Shown: one piece after another, positions 1 to 9,675 of the stretch | Layout: every line of letters begins with the position of its first letter | Position numbering within the stretch: the first letter of the stretch is position 1 | NCBI GenBank assembly: GCA_043511425.1 | Contig: CP121331.1 | Coordinates: forward strand, 806,470 to 870,469 | Direction of reading: 5' to 3' | Length of the DNA stretch: 64,000 nt | From: Sphingobacteriales bacterium | GTDB lineage: Bacteria > Bacteroidota > Bacteroidia > NS11-12g > UBA9320 | Program-made: the position numbers and the translations under genes | The notes under the pieces: generated by a model | Seen by the model: only the letters and a program-made list of their open reading frames with translations | Databases searched by the model: none | What the model was told of the DNA's origin: nothing

Positions 1-1541
1 CATTTAGAAACTACTTGGCTAATATTCCAGTGAGTTTTCTGGTAGTAGATGAGGCGCACTGTATCTCTCAGTGGGGTCATCAGTTTAGGCCAGAATACCT
101 GAAGCTCGGTGAACTGCGAGAAATAGTTCCAGATGCCAATGTTATAGCCGTAACTGCTACCGCCACTCAACATGTGGAAGACGACATACAGAAGTACCTT
201 CATTTTTCAAAGAAGAGTAACCGATTCACAAAATCGTTTAGCAGGAGTAATCTGAGCTATCTGGTGCTTAGAGATAACAATAAACAGAAGCGCATCAATG
301 GCATCCTTAGTAAGTTAAAAGGAACAAGCATCGTCTATGCCAATACACGCAGAAAGTGCGAGGAAATAGCCAGAGCATTGGAACGTGAAGGGATTTCTGC
401 AGCCTATTACCACGGTGGTTTAGCCAATGACAAGAGATCCCAGATACAGCAGAGCTGGATAGAGAATAAAACGCGTGTGGTAGTCTGCACCAATGCTTTT
501 GGCATGGGCATAGACAAGCCCGATGTACGAGCAGTCATTCACTATGAAAAACCAGAAAGTCCAGAAGCGTACTACCAAGAAGCTGGAAGAGCAGGAAGGG
601 ATGGGGCAGAGGCTTACTGTATTTTACTCAAGAGCCATGAAGACAAAAGCGATACGTGGAGCAGTTATCCTACAGTAGCTCGACTAGAGCATATCCTCAA
701 TTGCCTCTACAATCATCATCAGGTTGCATTTACGGCAGGAAAGGGCGTCACCTATCCAATCGATATTATTCAGTTTGCAGAGCATTTTGACATCCATGTT
801 AGGCCATTAATGGATGGGTTTAAAGTCTTGCACTCTATGGGCTATGTCAAACTCAATGAGCAGATATTTCAACTGCCAAGGGCCAAGTTTATCATGCAGC
901 AGAATGAGCTGTATGCGTATCAGGTGAAAAATAAAGTTGAGGATATGTTTATCAAACTACTACTTCGTTCATACGGAGGGTTATTTGAGCATTATACCGC
1001 ATTGAATTTTGCAGAACTTGCAAAACGACAAAAATGCAGTATCCGGGATATCCAACGCGAGGTTCATAAACTCCATACCGATGGTGTTTTAGATTTCGTG
1101 CCGGGACTAGAAGGGAATACCTTGACGTACCTAGAGTCTCGTCCGACCAAGATTCTTTTGGATAAAAAGAGCTACTTAGATCTGCGAGATAGAGAGGAGT
1201 ACCGAAAAGAGTACTTAGCAGCCTATGAAGGTACTGCTATCGCCTGTAGGGAAAACTATTTATTGGCGTATTTTGGAGAAGTGCGTGAGGAGACGTGTGG
1301 CAAGTGTGACATTTGTAGACTGGGTAAAAAAGCCAAGATGGGCAACAAAGAACTGAGTCAAACCATAGCACAGATTAAGTCTATCACCCAGAATAAAAAT
1401 TTGGATTTAGCCGCAATACTATCGTCCTTTGGCGCGTTCCAAGAGGAGCAGATAGTAGGCGTAATAAAATGGCTACTGGATAATCAATACCTTACTAAAA
1501 CTAACCAAACCTATACTTGGAATCTAAACCAAGAATCATAG
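1..1541 (+). CDS. recQ: RecQ-family ATP-dependent DNA helicase (5' end outside window)
   Basis: VDEAHCISQWGHQFRPEY (motif II plus aromatic loop), TATAT, AFGMGIDKPDVR, YYQEAGRAGRDG, Zn-binding CRE..CGKCDIC. The frame is open back to the window edge. No HRDC domain seen. Confidence 0.93.
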   Translation, partial: FRNYLANIPVSFLVVDEAHCISQWGHQFRPEYLKLGELREIVPDANVIAVTATATQHVEDDIQKYLHFSKKSNRFTKSFSRSNLSYLVLRDNNKQKRINGILSKLKGTSIVYANTRRKCEEIARALEREGISAAYYHGGLANDKRSQIQQSWIENKTRVVVCTNAFGMGIDKPDVRAVIHYEKPESPEAYYQEAGRAGRDGAEAYCILLKSHEDKSDTWSSYPTVARLEHILNCLYNHHQVAFTAGKGVTYPIDIIQFAEHFDIHVRPLMDGFKVLHSMGYVKLNEQIFQLPRAKFIMQQNELYAYQVKNKVEDMFIKLLLRSYGGLFEHYTALNFAELAKRQKCSIRDIQREVHKLHTDGVLDFVPGLEGNTLTYLESRPTKILLDKKSYLDLRDREEYRKEYLAAYEGTAIACRENYLLAYFGEVREETCGKCDICRLGKKAKMGNKELSQTIAQIKSITQNKNLDLAAILSSFGAFQEEQIVGVIKWLLDNQYLTKTNQTYTWNLNQES

Positions 1542-2602
1542 CAACTGTAATCAACGACGTGATTTACGATCAGCGTATGATACGTATTTGCACCTCCCTT
1601 ACAAAGAAGTATGATATAGAGCTTTGGGGCAGGGTAAAATCTAGTGAGAAGACGAAGTCTCAACCATTTACACAGCGTAGATTTAAGTTTTGGATGAGTA
1701 CCGGTCCTTTGTTTTACTTGGAATACAATGTCTTTGTCTTTTGGGCGCTGCTATTCACTAAGTTTGACGTAGTGCATGCGGTAGATCTGGATACGCTACC
1801 GGCTGCTTTTCTGGCTACTAAGCTCAAAGGTAAGAAGCTGGTCTATGATTCACATGAGTATTTCACCGAAGTACCTGAACTAATCTCTCGTCCTGCAAAA
1901 CGTAAAGTATGGTTAGCTATCGAGCGATTTTTCGTTCCTAAACTGACTACGGCCATTACGGTAGGGAGTAAAATAGCACAGGAATACGAAGCGAAGTATG
2001 GCGTAAAGTTTCACGTAGTTCGTAACTGTCCCATTCAGAAACCAATGCCTCTTCCTATTCAAGGGAAGCCATACTTGCTGTATCAAGGAGCGTTAAATAA
2101 AGGACGTGGACTAGAAGCGCTAGTAGCGGCAATCCCTGAAATTGATATGCACCTCAAAATTGCTGGAAGTGGGGATATAGAAGAAGAACTAAAAGCTCAA
2201 GCAGCAGACTTAGGCGTATTGGATAAGATTAGTTTTCTAGGAATGCTTGATCCTGCTGACTTACCACCGCTTACGGTGAGTGCTTTTGCTGGGATTAATG
2301 TATCTGAAAACCTAGGGTTGAGCTACTATTATTCATTGAACAATAAGTATTTTGACTATATGCATGCAGGACTACCTGCGATTACCAATCCATTTCCTGA
2401 ATATATGGCACTTGAAGAGAAGTATCCATGCTCCGTATATGCCACTTCAGCGTCACAAGAGATTGTAAAAGCAGTTAATTTACTCCTAAATGATAAGGAG
2501 CTATACCAAAAATTGAAAAAAAACTGTTTACTTGCAGCCAGAGACTTGGTGTGGTCTAATGAAGAAAAGACACTATTAACCGTATATGAAGAAATCGTCT
2601 AA
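1517..2602 (+). CDS. Glycosyltransferase family 4 (GT-B)
   Basis: DQRMIRIC, HAVDLDTL, VYDSHEYF, YQGALNKGRGLE, NKYFDYMHAGLP. Overlaps the recQ stop. Confidence 0.88.
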   Translation: MESKPRIIATVINDVIYDQRMIRICTSLTKKYDIELWGRVKSSEKTKSQPFTQRRFKFWMSTGPLFYLEYNVFVFWALLFTKFDVVHAVDLDTLPAAFLATKLKGKKLVYDSHEYFTEVPELISRPAKRKVWLAIERFFVPKLTTAITVGSKIAQEYEAKYGVKFHVVRNCPIQKPMPLPIQGKPYLLYQGALNKGRGLEALVAAIPEIDMHLKIAGSGDIEEELKAQAADLGVLDKISFLGMLDPADLPPLTVSAFAGINVSENLGLSYYYSLNNKYFDYMHAGLPAITNPFPEYMALEEKYPCSVYATSASQEIVKAVNLLLNDKELYQKLKKNCLLAARDLVWSNEEKTLLTVYEEIV

Positions 2603-3806
2603 CCGATTACATATCATTTCATTTGATGTTCCTTATCCTGCAGATTATGGCGGGGTGATAGATATTTATCATAAGGTAGAAGCACTCCACAGAGCGGGAG
2701 TGGAGGTAATACTGCATATGTATCAGTACGGACGAGATCAGAATAAGACTAAGCTCAGTAAATACTGCAAAGAACTGCATTATTACAAACGGAGTACTTA
2801 CAAAAATCCGTTTATTGGTAGTGTCCCATATATTGTAAACTCTAGAAGCAGTGAGGTGTTGCTTGCCAATCTAAAAAAGGACAATGCACCTATCTTATTT
2901 GAAGGCCTTCACTGTACTTTTCATTTAGCAGATGCTTCATTGAAGCATCGGTTTAAGATAGTGCGTACACATAATATTGAGCATCATTACTACAAGCACT
3001 TAGAGCAATCTGAATTACGTTATTTTAAAAAGTATTTTTTCAGGATAGAAGCTGAAAAACTTAGGAAATATGAGAAGGTACTAAAGCATGCTAATCTTAT
3101 CGCTGCTATTAGTCCAAATGATAACAAGCACTTTGAGAAGAAATATGGGAACAGCATGTATCTTCCTGCGTTTCATAGCAATACAGAGATGGTCTACCCA
3201 GGTGCCAGAGGTAAGTATTTATTGTACCATGGTAACCTAGCGGTACCAGAGAACTATAAGGCAGCTATGGAACTGGCGTTGAATGTGTTTTCAAAAGTAG
3301 ATATGAAGTGTGTGATAGCTGGGAATAATCCACCCAAAGAGCTTCAAACATTGTGTGAGAAATATGCCAATATCGAACTTGAAACAAACCTAACTACTGA
3401 CGCTATCCATAAGGTGATAAGCGATGCACATATTAACGTGCTGCATACCAATCAAAACACAGGAATAAAACTAAAGCTACTAAATGCACTCTATCGTGGA
3501 AAATTTGCGGTGGTAAACCCATTAATGGTAGTAGACAGTGGACTCGAAAGCTTGTGTGCCATCGGCGAAAACTGGAAGGAAATAGTAGCTAAGATAGAAG
3601 AGTATCGACTCCTTGACTACTCCGGGGCCTACTACGAAAACAGAAAAGATTACTTGGCAAAACACTTCGGTAACGATACTAGTGCAGCCGCACTCCTAGA
3701 GAAAATTGATTTTCCATCAGAAAAGACTGCCACTAGAAGGGCAGATAATAAGGTCCTGAAGGGTTTATCCCAATTATCTTCATTTATGTCTTACTTCTCA
3801 TTGTAA
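2586..3806 (+). CDS. Glycosyltransferase (GT4-like, Bacteroidota mannosyltransferase type)
   Basis: SFDVPYPADYGGVID, VRTHNIEHHYY, TGIKLKLLNALY. Overlaps the upstream glycosyltransferase. Confidence 0.8.
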   Translation: MKKSSNRLHIISFDVPYPADYGGVIDIYHKVEALHRAGVEVILHMYQYGRDQNKTKLSKYCKELHYYKRSTYKNPFIGSVPYIVNSRSSEVLLANLKKDNAPILFEGLHCTFHLADASLKHRFKIVRTHNIEHHYYKHLEQSELRYFKKYFFRIEAEKLRKYEKVLKHANLIAAISPNDNKHFEKKYGNSMYLPAFHSNTEMVYPGARGKYLLYHGNLAVPENYKAAMELALNVFSKVDMKCVIAGNNPPKELQTLCEKYANIELETNLTTDAIHKVISDAHINVLHTNQNTGIKLKLLNALYRGKFAVVNPLMVVDSGLESLCAIGENWKEIVAKIEEYRLLDYSGAYYENRKDYLAKHFGNDTSAAALLEKIDFPSEKTATRRADNKVLKGLSQLSSFMSYFSL

Positions 3807-3831
3807 TCTTTCGCTATTTAGCGAATAGGTC

Positions 3832-3839
3832 TACATTTG
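3832..3839 (+). promoter_or_regulatory. Bacteroidota primary-sigma -7 promoter element (TACATTTG) for yidC
   Basis: Exact TAnnTTTG match, 17 nt before the ATG at 3857. Confidence 0.65.
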
Positions 3840-3856
3840 CACCCACTTAAAACGAT

Positions 3857-5701
3857 ATGGAGAGAAATTCCACTATAGGATATATACTAATACTTGCACT
3901 ATTTGCAGGTTTCTGGTATTTTAATAAAGACAATCAGCAGCTGCTAGAGGAGACTAATTCGAATACCACTGAAGTTATGGATAGTTCTTCAGCGGTGTCT
4001 ACTGCTGAAACTACTTCCAGTGCAGAAGAAACAACTCTCTTTGTGACAGATAGTAGTAATACGATTGTTTTACCAGAAAGTATAACATCACTTCAAAATG
4101 AGTTAATTAGCATTGACTTTACCAGTAGAGGAGGAATCCCAAAGCAAGTACGTTTAAAAGAATATCAACGTTATGATTCATCTGAATTGGTGCTTTTCCA
4201 GGATGGCCAGATGGAGCTAGGATATACGTTCCCGTTAGCTAGTGGTCTGGTTGTAAATACATTAAATAAAGAGTTTACTGTAGAAACCAATGAGCAGGAT
4301 GAAGTAGTCTATACTTTAGCATTAGGCAATGGAGCATTCATAAAACAAACATACACCTTAGCACCCAATAGCTATAAAGTAGATTATACAGTACAGTTTG
4401 ATGGTATGCCAAGCATTCTAGCACCAAACAATAGGTTTGCAACGCTGGATTGGAACACAAAGCTCCAAGGTCAAGAAAAAACTCTAGAGGATGAAAAAGC
4501 TGCTACTACAGTCTACTTTAAATACACGAATGACGATGACGTAGATTATCTAAGTGAGACAAGTGACGAGGATGAGGAGAAACTAACAGCGAATGTAAAA
4601 TGGGTATCCTTTAAGCAAAAGTTCTTTAACCAAACACTGATACACAACGCTCAGTTTACCGAAGACGGTACTCAGATAGAGATAAAAAATCCAGGAGAGA
4701 ATGGCACATATGTAAAAGAAGCTAAAGCACAGTTTTACATACCGCTAGAGCAGAAGAGTGTACTTGAAGATATGGACCTGTACTATGGTCCGAATCATTA
4801 CCCAACGCTGAAAAAGCAAGGTATTGAATTACAGAAAATAATCCCACTGGGCTGGGGCATATTTGGTTGGGTAAATAAGGGTGTAGTTATTCCAATTTTT
4901 AATTGGCTAAGTAATTTCTTTAGTAATTATGGACTGATCATACTGCTACTTACGCTAATCATCAAGATGGCGCTTTTCTTACCTATGTATAAGGTCTATA
5001 AGAGTACCGCGAAGATGCGTATACTCAAACCAGAGTTGGATGAAATCAAAGAGCGTACAGGAGACGATATGCAGAAGGCTCAACAAGAGCAGATGAAGTT
5101 ATACAAGCAAGCTGGTGTAAGTCCGCTTGGAGGTTGTCTTCCTCAACTTGTTCAGATGCCTATTCTTTTTGCAATGTTCAGATTCTTCCCAGCGAGCATT
5201 GAGCTACGTCAAGAAAGTCTGTGGTGGGCAGATGACTTGAGTACTTATGATAGTATATATGATCTAGGCTTCAATATTCCTTTCTATGGCGATCATATCA
5301 GTTTATTTACACTTATGATGACTGCGGTGACTATACTGTATACCTACATGAATAGTCAAAATAGTGGACAAATGGCTGGACCGATGAAGTCCATTATGTA
5401 CATTATGCCAATCATGTTCTTAGGCTTTTTCAATAACTATGCTGCGGCTTTATCTTTTTACTATTTCCTTTCTACGTGTATCACAGTAATACAAAATTTT
5501 GTAATACGTAAATTCGTGATAGATGAAGATAAGCTTCGTAAGCAGATAGACGAGAGTAAGAAGAAGAAAGTAAAAGTAGCTAAGAAGTCTGGGCTTCAAA
5601 AGCGGTTAGAAGATATGGCAAAGAAAAGAGGCATAGATCCATATAAGGGTAAGCCAAAAGCTAAGCCATCTGCTGGAAAAGGTAAAAAACCTAAGAAGTA
5701 A
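3857..5701 (+). CDS. yidC: Membrane protein insertase YidC
   Basis: N-terminal TM, large periplasmic domain, NYGLIILLLTLIIK, GVSPLGGCLPQLVQMPIL, LWWADDLS. Lysine-rich C-terminal tail. Confidence 0.97.
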   Translation: MERNSTIGYILILALFAGFWYFNKDNQQLLEETNSNTTEVMDSSSAVSTAETTSSAEETTLFVTDSSNTIVLPESITSLQNELISIDFTSRGGIPKQVRLKEYQRYDSSELVLFQDGQMELGYTFPLASGLVVNTLNKEFTVETNEQDEVVYTLALGNGAFIKQTYTLAPNSYKVDYTVQFDGMPSILAPNNRFATLDWNTKLQGQEKTLEDEKAATTVYFKYTNDDDVDYLSETSDEDEEKLTANVKWVSFKQKFFNQTLIHNAQFTEDGTQIEIKNPGENGTYVKEAKAQFYIPLEQKSVLEDMDLYYGPNHYPTLKKQGIELQKIIPLGWGIFGWVNKGVVIPIFNWLSNFFSNYGLIILLLTLIIKMALFLPMYKVYKSTAKMRILKPELDEIKERTGDDMQKAQQEQMKLYKQAGVSPLGGCLPQLVQMPILFAMFRFFPASIELRQESLWWADDLSTYDSIYDLGFNIPFYGDHISLFTLMMTAVTILYTYMNSQNSGQMAGPMKSIMYIMPIMFLGFFNNYAAALSFYYFLSTCITVIQNFVIRKFVIDEDKLRKQIDESKKKKVKVAKKSGLQKRLEDMAKKRGIDPYKGKPKAKPSAGKGKKPKK

Positions 5702-5711
5702 TTTTATTAAA

Positions 5712-5826
5712 TTAGGTTGTCTTCGTCTAGTCTTGATTGTGATAAGCAGTCAGCATAGACACAGAATTAACAGTATAAAGGACTCCGAGAGGATTCCAAG
5801 TGTACTGTATTCATCAAAAGGCCTAA
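5712..5826 (+). ncRNA. Candidate structured RNA (three-stem junction) in the yidC 3' region; family unknown
   Basis: Hand folding gives a closing stem 5712-5718/5820-5826, a hairpin 5725-5760, and a hairpin 5764-5812 capped by a GAGA (GNRA) tetraloop. Five G-U pairs work only on the + strand. Confidence 0.4.
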
Positions 5827-5940
5827 CGTTTTATTTTCTAAACCTTGGACAACGCATATTTAATTGGGTGCGTTTAGACTAGAGTCATACCGTGCTAAGT
5901 TGATATTAGTGAATGCCTATCACACGATACAGGAATTGTA

Positions 5941-7167
5941 TTACCTAAGACCTGCCAGCAAAAATTCAATTTCTCTGCACGGGATATTGTACTGATCGGA
6001 CAGCACGGAATTGGTTAGTTTGCCTTTGTACATGTATGTACCGGCTCGCATCCCTTCGTGATTTCTAAGACACTCATCTATACCACCATCGTTTGAGATA
6101 CCAATGAGTAATGGGGTAAGTATATTACTAAGTGCATAACTGGCTGTTCTGCTAAATCTGGACGGTATGTTCGGCACGCAGTAGTGAAGTACACCATGTT
6201 TTTCAAATACGGGCATTTTATGATTCGTAGCCTCAGACGTTTCAAAACATCCTCCTTGGTCTATACTTACATCCACAATGATGGATTTGGGTCTCATGTT
6301 AGTCACCATTTCTTCTGTAACGACACATGGACTAAGTCCAAGAGGACTACGAAGTGCACCTATAGCTACATCACATTCGGAGAGTGCTTTGGCCAATACC
6401 TGAGGAATAATAGTACTACTGTGGACACGTGACCCAAGACTTTTTTCTAACCTCCGTAGTTTCTCAAGGCTATTATCAAAAACTTTTACACTTGCACCTA
6501 GGCCGAAAGCGGCTCGTATTGCGTATTCACCGACAGCTCCAGCTCCTAATACTACTATTTGTGTGGGTTGAATACCCGGGATGCCTCCAAAAAGTTCACC
6601 TTTACCAGAGTTGTAATTACTCAAATACTCAGCCGCTATCAATACAGAGGCCCGTCCAGCTATTTCACTCATGCTGCGTATGATGGGAAGTGAACCATCG
6701 TCATCGCGAAGAAACTCAAACCCTATAGCCGTAATATTTTTAGAAAGCAGTTTTTTAATAATGACCTCGCTAGTGCGGACCATCTGAAGAGCGCTCATCA
6801 CTATTTGCCCATGTTTCATCAAGTCAATCTCCTCTTCCGTAGGAGGTGCTATCTTCAGAATTATATCACAAGAATATACACTCTTGGTGTCAAATACGAT
6901 TTCTCCACCGCTATTGCTGTAATCTATATCTTTAAAATTGGCCTTATCACCACAATTGGATTCTATCTTTACTTCATGCCCTTGAGAGACGAGAAGCTGC
7001 ACAGCCATTGGGGATAACGGAACCCTATGATCTTGAAAAAACGTTTCTTTAGGGATACCTATACTAAGTGATTTATTGTCCTTACCCAAAGCGAGGAGTT
7101 TTTCTTGAGGCTGTAAGCTGGCCTCTCTAGCTAAATCACCGAATGAAGGATTTGATACACTACCCAT
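5941..7167 (-). CDS. ald: Alanine dehydrogenase
   Basis: IGIPKE..DHRVPLSP, MSEIAGR, VLGAGAVG (NAD binding), DVSIDQGGCFETS, HYCVPNIP. Confidence 0.93.
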   Translation of the reverse strand: MGSVSNPSFGDLAREASLQPQEKLLALGKDNKSLSIGIPKETFFQDHRVPLSPMAVQLLVSQGHEVKIESNCGDKANFKDIDYSNSGGEIVFDTKSVYSCDIILKIAPPTEEEIDLMKHGQIVMSALQMVRTSEVIIKKLLSKNITAIGFEFLRDDDGSLPIIRSMSEIAGRASVLIAAEYLSNYNSGKGELFGGIPGIQPTQIVVLGAGAVGEYAIRAAFGLGASVKVFDNSLEKLRRLEKSLGSRVHSSTIIPQVLAKALSECDVAIGALRSPLGLSPCVVTEEMVTNMRPKSIIVDVSIDQGGCFETSEATNHKMPVFEKHGVLHYCVPNIPSRFSRTASYALSNILTPLLIGISNDGGIDECLRNHEGMRAGTYMYKGKLTNSVLSDQYNIPCREIEFLLAGLR

Positions 7168-7282
7168 ATTTATAACTATTTAACTGCAATATAACGCTAA
7201 TTTTATATAATATTGAACACTTTCTGACACTGTTGGCAAGCCAAACATTTTATAACACTTTATCCTATTTCCTTTGTACATT

Positions 7283-8584
7283 ATGAAGTTAAAAATCACT
7301 ACCGGTCTTATCATACTTACTCCATTTTTATCCATGGCAGGAGAGAATGATTCATTGGCGATGAAAATCTTACCAAAAGATAAAGATAAAACCATTATAC
7401 TTTCAGATGTAGATAGTGCTCAGTCTACGGTAGACTCCACAGATGCTCGGGTTGCGGCAATAGGTACAACTAATCGATTAGAAGAGGTAACCCTAGAAAA
7501 TGCTACTTACATAGAGCCAGTGGTGTATTTAAACGATGAAATAATTTCTTTTGAATTGAACCAAATACCTGTAGATGAGGGCTTATTTAATCACCACTGT
7601 AGTCTGATGGATTTTAAGGTACCTATGGAGTACAATGACCTGGTAAAGTCTCAGATTGATTTTTTCGGTGTTAGATGGCAAGCCAAATTAAAAACCATGG
7701 TCACGAAGTCACAGCACTTTTTTCCACTCTATGAATCCATTCTTGCAGAGTATGACATGCCGCTGGAGATTAAATATCTTTCGATTATCGAATCTGGACT
7801 AAATCCACACGCACGTTCTAGATGTGGAGCTGTGGGACCTTGGCAGTTTATGCCGGCTACCGCTCGCATATTTGATCTTAAAATGGATTACAACGTGGAT
7901 GAACGTAAATCCTTAGATAAAAGTACACGTGCAGCATGCACTTACCTCAAGCAAATGTATAACCAGTATGGTGATTGGTTAGTAGCCTTAGCTGCATATA
8001 ACTGTGGGCCTGGAAATGTTCGTAAAGCGATGCGTCTATCTGGATCTACTGACTTCTGGGGTATTTATAGGTACCTTCCAAGAGAGACACAAAATTATGT
8101 GCCTAAATTCATAGCTATAACGTATATGATGAACTTTTACGATGAGTATTGCATCGTACCTGCTCCTATAAATGATTCATTGTACATGTCAGATCAGGTT
8201 TTCTGTAAAGAAGGCTATGATTTTGAGGTGATCGCTGAAAAATTAGGGATATCAAATGAGCAGTTACTTCAATTTAATCCAGAGCTTAAGCGAGCTAACA
8301 TTCCGTACAAAGGAGAAGGATATACCCTAAGTGTACCTCAATCGGTTACTCAGCTGTATTACAAGAATGAAAAGGATATTGAGGCTAAATCTATTGTGCG
8401 CGCCGAAGAAAAACGGATCGCTGAAGCCAATAGGCCAAAAGTCACCTATCACTATGTGCAAAGGGGAGAATCACTAATAGTCATAGCCCGTAAAAGAGGT
8501 GTTACCGTTAGTCAATTGAGACAGTGGAATGGTATAAAGGGAAGCACTATATATGCAAAACAAAGGTTAAAGATATATAGATAA
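7283..8584 (+). CDS. Lytic murein transglycosylase (MltD-like, SLT domain plus LysM)
   Basis: IIESGLNP (catalytic Glu), GPWQFM, AAYNCG, PRETQNYVPK, C-terminal LysM (HYVQRGESL). Start moved to ATG 7283 (MKLKITT), which gives a signal peptide. Confidence 0.9.
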   Translation: MKLKITTGLIILTPFLSMAGENDSLAMKILPKDKDKTIILSDVDSAQSTVDSTDARVAAIGTTNRLEEVTLENATYIEPVVYLNDEIISFELNQIPVDEGLFNHHCSLMDFKVPMEYNDLVKSQIDFFGVRWQAKLKTMVTKSQHFFPLYESILAEYDMPLEIKYLSIIESGLNPHARSRCGAVGPWQFMPATARIFDLKMDYNVDERKSLDKSTRAACTYLKQMYNQYGDWLVALAAYNCGPGNVRKAMRLSGSTDFWGIYRYLPRETQNYVPKFIAITYMMNFYDEYCIVPAPINDSLYMSDQVFCKEGYDFEVIAEKLGISNEQLLQFNPELKRANIPYKGEGYTLSVPQSVTQLYYKNEKDIEAKSIVRAEEKRIAEANRPKVTYHYVQRGESLIVIARKRGVTVSQLRQWNGIKGSTIYAKQRLKIYR

Positions 8585-8601
8585 CCACTATATTCGACCA
8601 T

Positions 8602-9675
8602 ATGCCAAAGCTAATTTTCTATACCCTATTTGTAGTATTCACCTTTCAGAGTTGTACGCCAACCGATAAAGAAAAGAAATCATTATTACCAATGAGCTCT
8701 GGTGAGCTTACAGAGATTGTACTGCTTACAGACGCAGCCAGTCTTGATAGTGCATACAAACTAGAAATAGAATCTGTTTTTAGCAAGGCTATTATAGGTC
8801 AGCCTCCTCCAGGTGAACCCATGTTTAAAGTGCTGTTTACGGATGAAAGTTTCTTTCAGGGATACTTTCGAAAACACTTAAATATTATCGTCCTCATTCA
8901 TAGAGATCACGCGGAAGACCTGAAGAAAGTTATGAGTGATCAATTAATCACTAAAATACTTGAAGTACAGTCTTCTAAACCTGGTATTTTAGGAGTGAAA
9001 CAAAGTGAGTTGTATGCCCAAAATCAGCATGTATTCTTTGTCTTAGCAGACAATAAATCGGATATGCAGTCGAAATTAAAAGCTAAGAAAGAAGACATTT
9101 TAGCTATAGCCCTAAATCAAGAAAATAAAGCAGGTAAGCGAAAGCTTCTCGGAACTAAAAGACCGAAAGAAGATATGTTTTACCAAAAAAGTATTCAAAA
9201 GCGTGGTTTTGGAGTTCGTAAGCCAGCATCCTACAGGGTGGCTATAGATAATGATGAGTTTGCGTGGTTAAGAAAATCAAGTACTACGCAGGAGCAGGAA
9301 ATGGGCATACTACTTTTTGAAGCGCCCTATACCAGCAAAGAGGACCTAACTACAGAAAACCTAATTAAAATACGAAACTCATATACAAAGAAATATATAC
9401 CCGGACAATACGATAGTAGTTATATGAAGTACTCTACAGCTTTACCTCCAGTGCGTATAGACCAAAACTTTAAAGAAAAGTACGGTGTAGAAATCAATGG
9501 ATGGTGGGACGTGAAAGGGGACTTTATGGGAGGACCATCGTATATACGAGCTGTAGTAGATCAGAACAATAGCAGAATTGTATTCGCGGAAGGTTTCTTA
9601 TTCTATCCGAATGAAGACAAAGCAAAACCCCTAAGAGAATTAAAAATTTTAGTAAACACACTTTCTATTAAATGA
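8602..9675 (+). CDS. DUF4837-family lipoprotein
   Basis: Lipobox FQSC; IRNSYTKKYIPG; GWWDVKGDFMGGP. Follows the transglycosylase, as is usual in Bacteroidota. Confidence 0.8.
   Translation: MPKLIFYTLFVVFTFQSCTPTDKEKKSLLPMSSGELTEIVLLTDAASLDSAYKLEIESVFSKAIIGQPPPGEPMFKVLFTDESFFQGYFRKHLNIIVLIHRDHAEDLKKVMSDQLITKILEVQSSKPGILGVKQSELYAQNQHVFFVLADNKSDMQSKLKAKKEDILAIALNQENKAGKRKLLGTKRPKEDMFYQKSIQKRGFGVRKPASYRVAIDNDEFAWLRKSSTTQEQEMGILLFEAPYTSKEDLTTENLIKIRNSYTKKYIPGQYDSSYMKYSTALPPVRIDQNFKEKYGVEINGWWDVKGDFMGGPSYIRAVVDQNNSRIVFAEGFLFYPNEDKAKPLRELKILVNTLSIK

Noticed and set aside
1-3806. RecQ helicase plus two glycosyltransferases as a DNA-modification or defence system
   Set aside because: Both transferases look like ordinary GT4-type envelope enzymes, the helicase is a standard RecQ paralogue, and no nuclease or mobile-element context is present.
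5764-5812. SRP (4.5S) RNA or hammerhead ribozyme identity for the yidC 3' structure
   Set aside because: UCC-GNRA-GGA resembles the tip of SRP helix 8, but the conserved CAGG/AGCAG internal loop is missing. The minus-strand UUGAUGA..GAAG does not have the hammerhead CUGANGA-stem-GAAA order.
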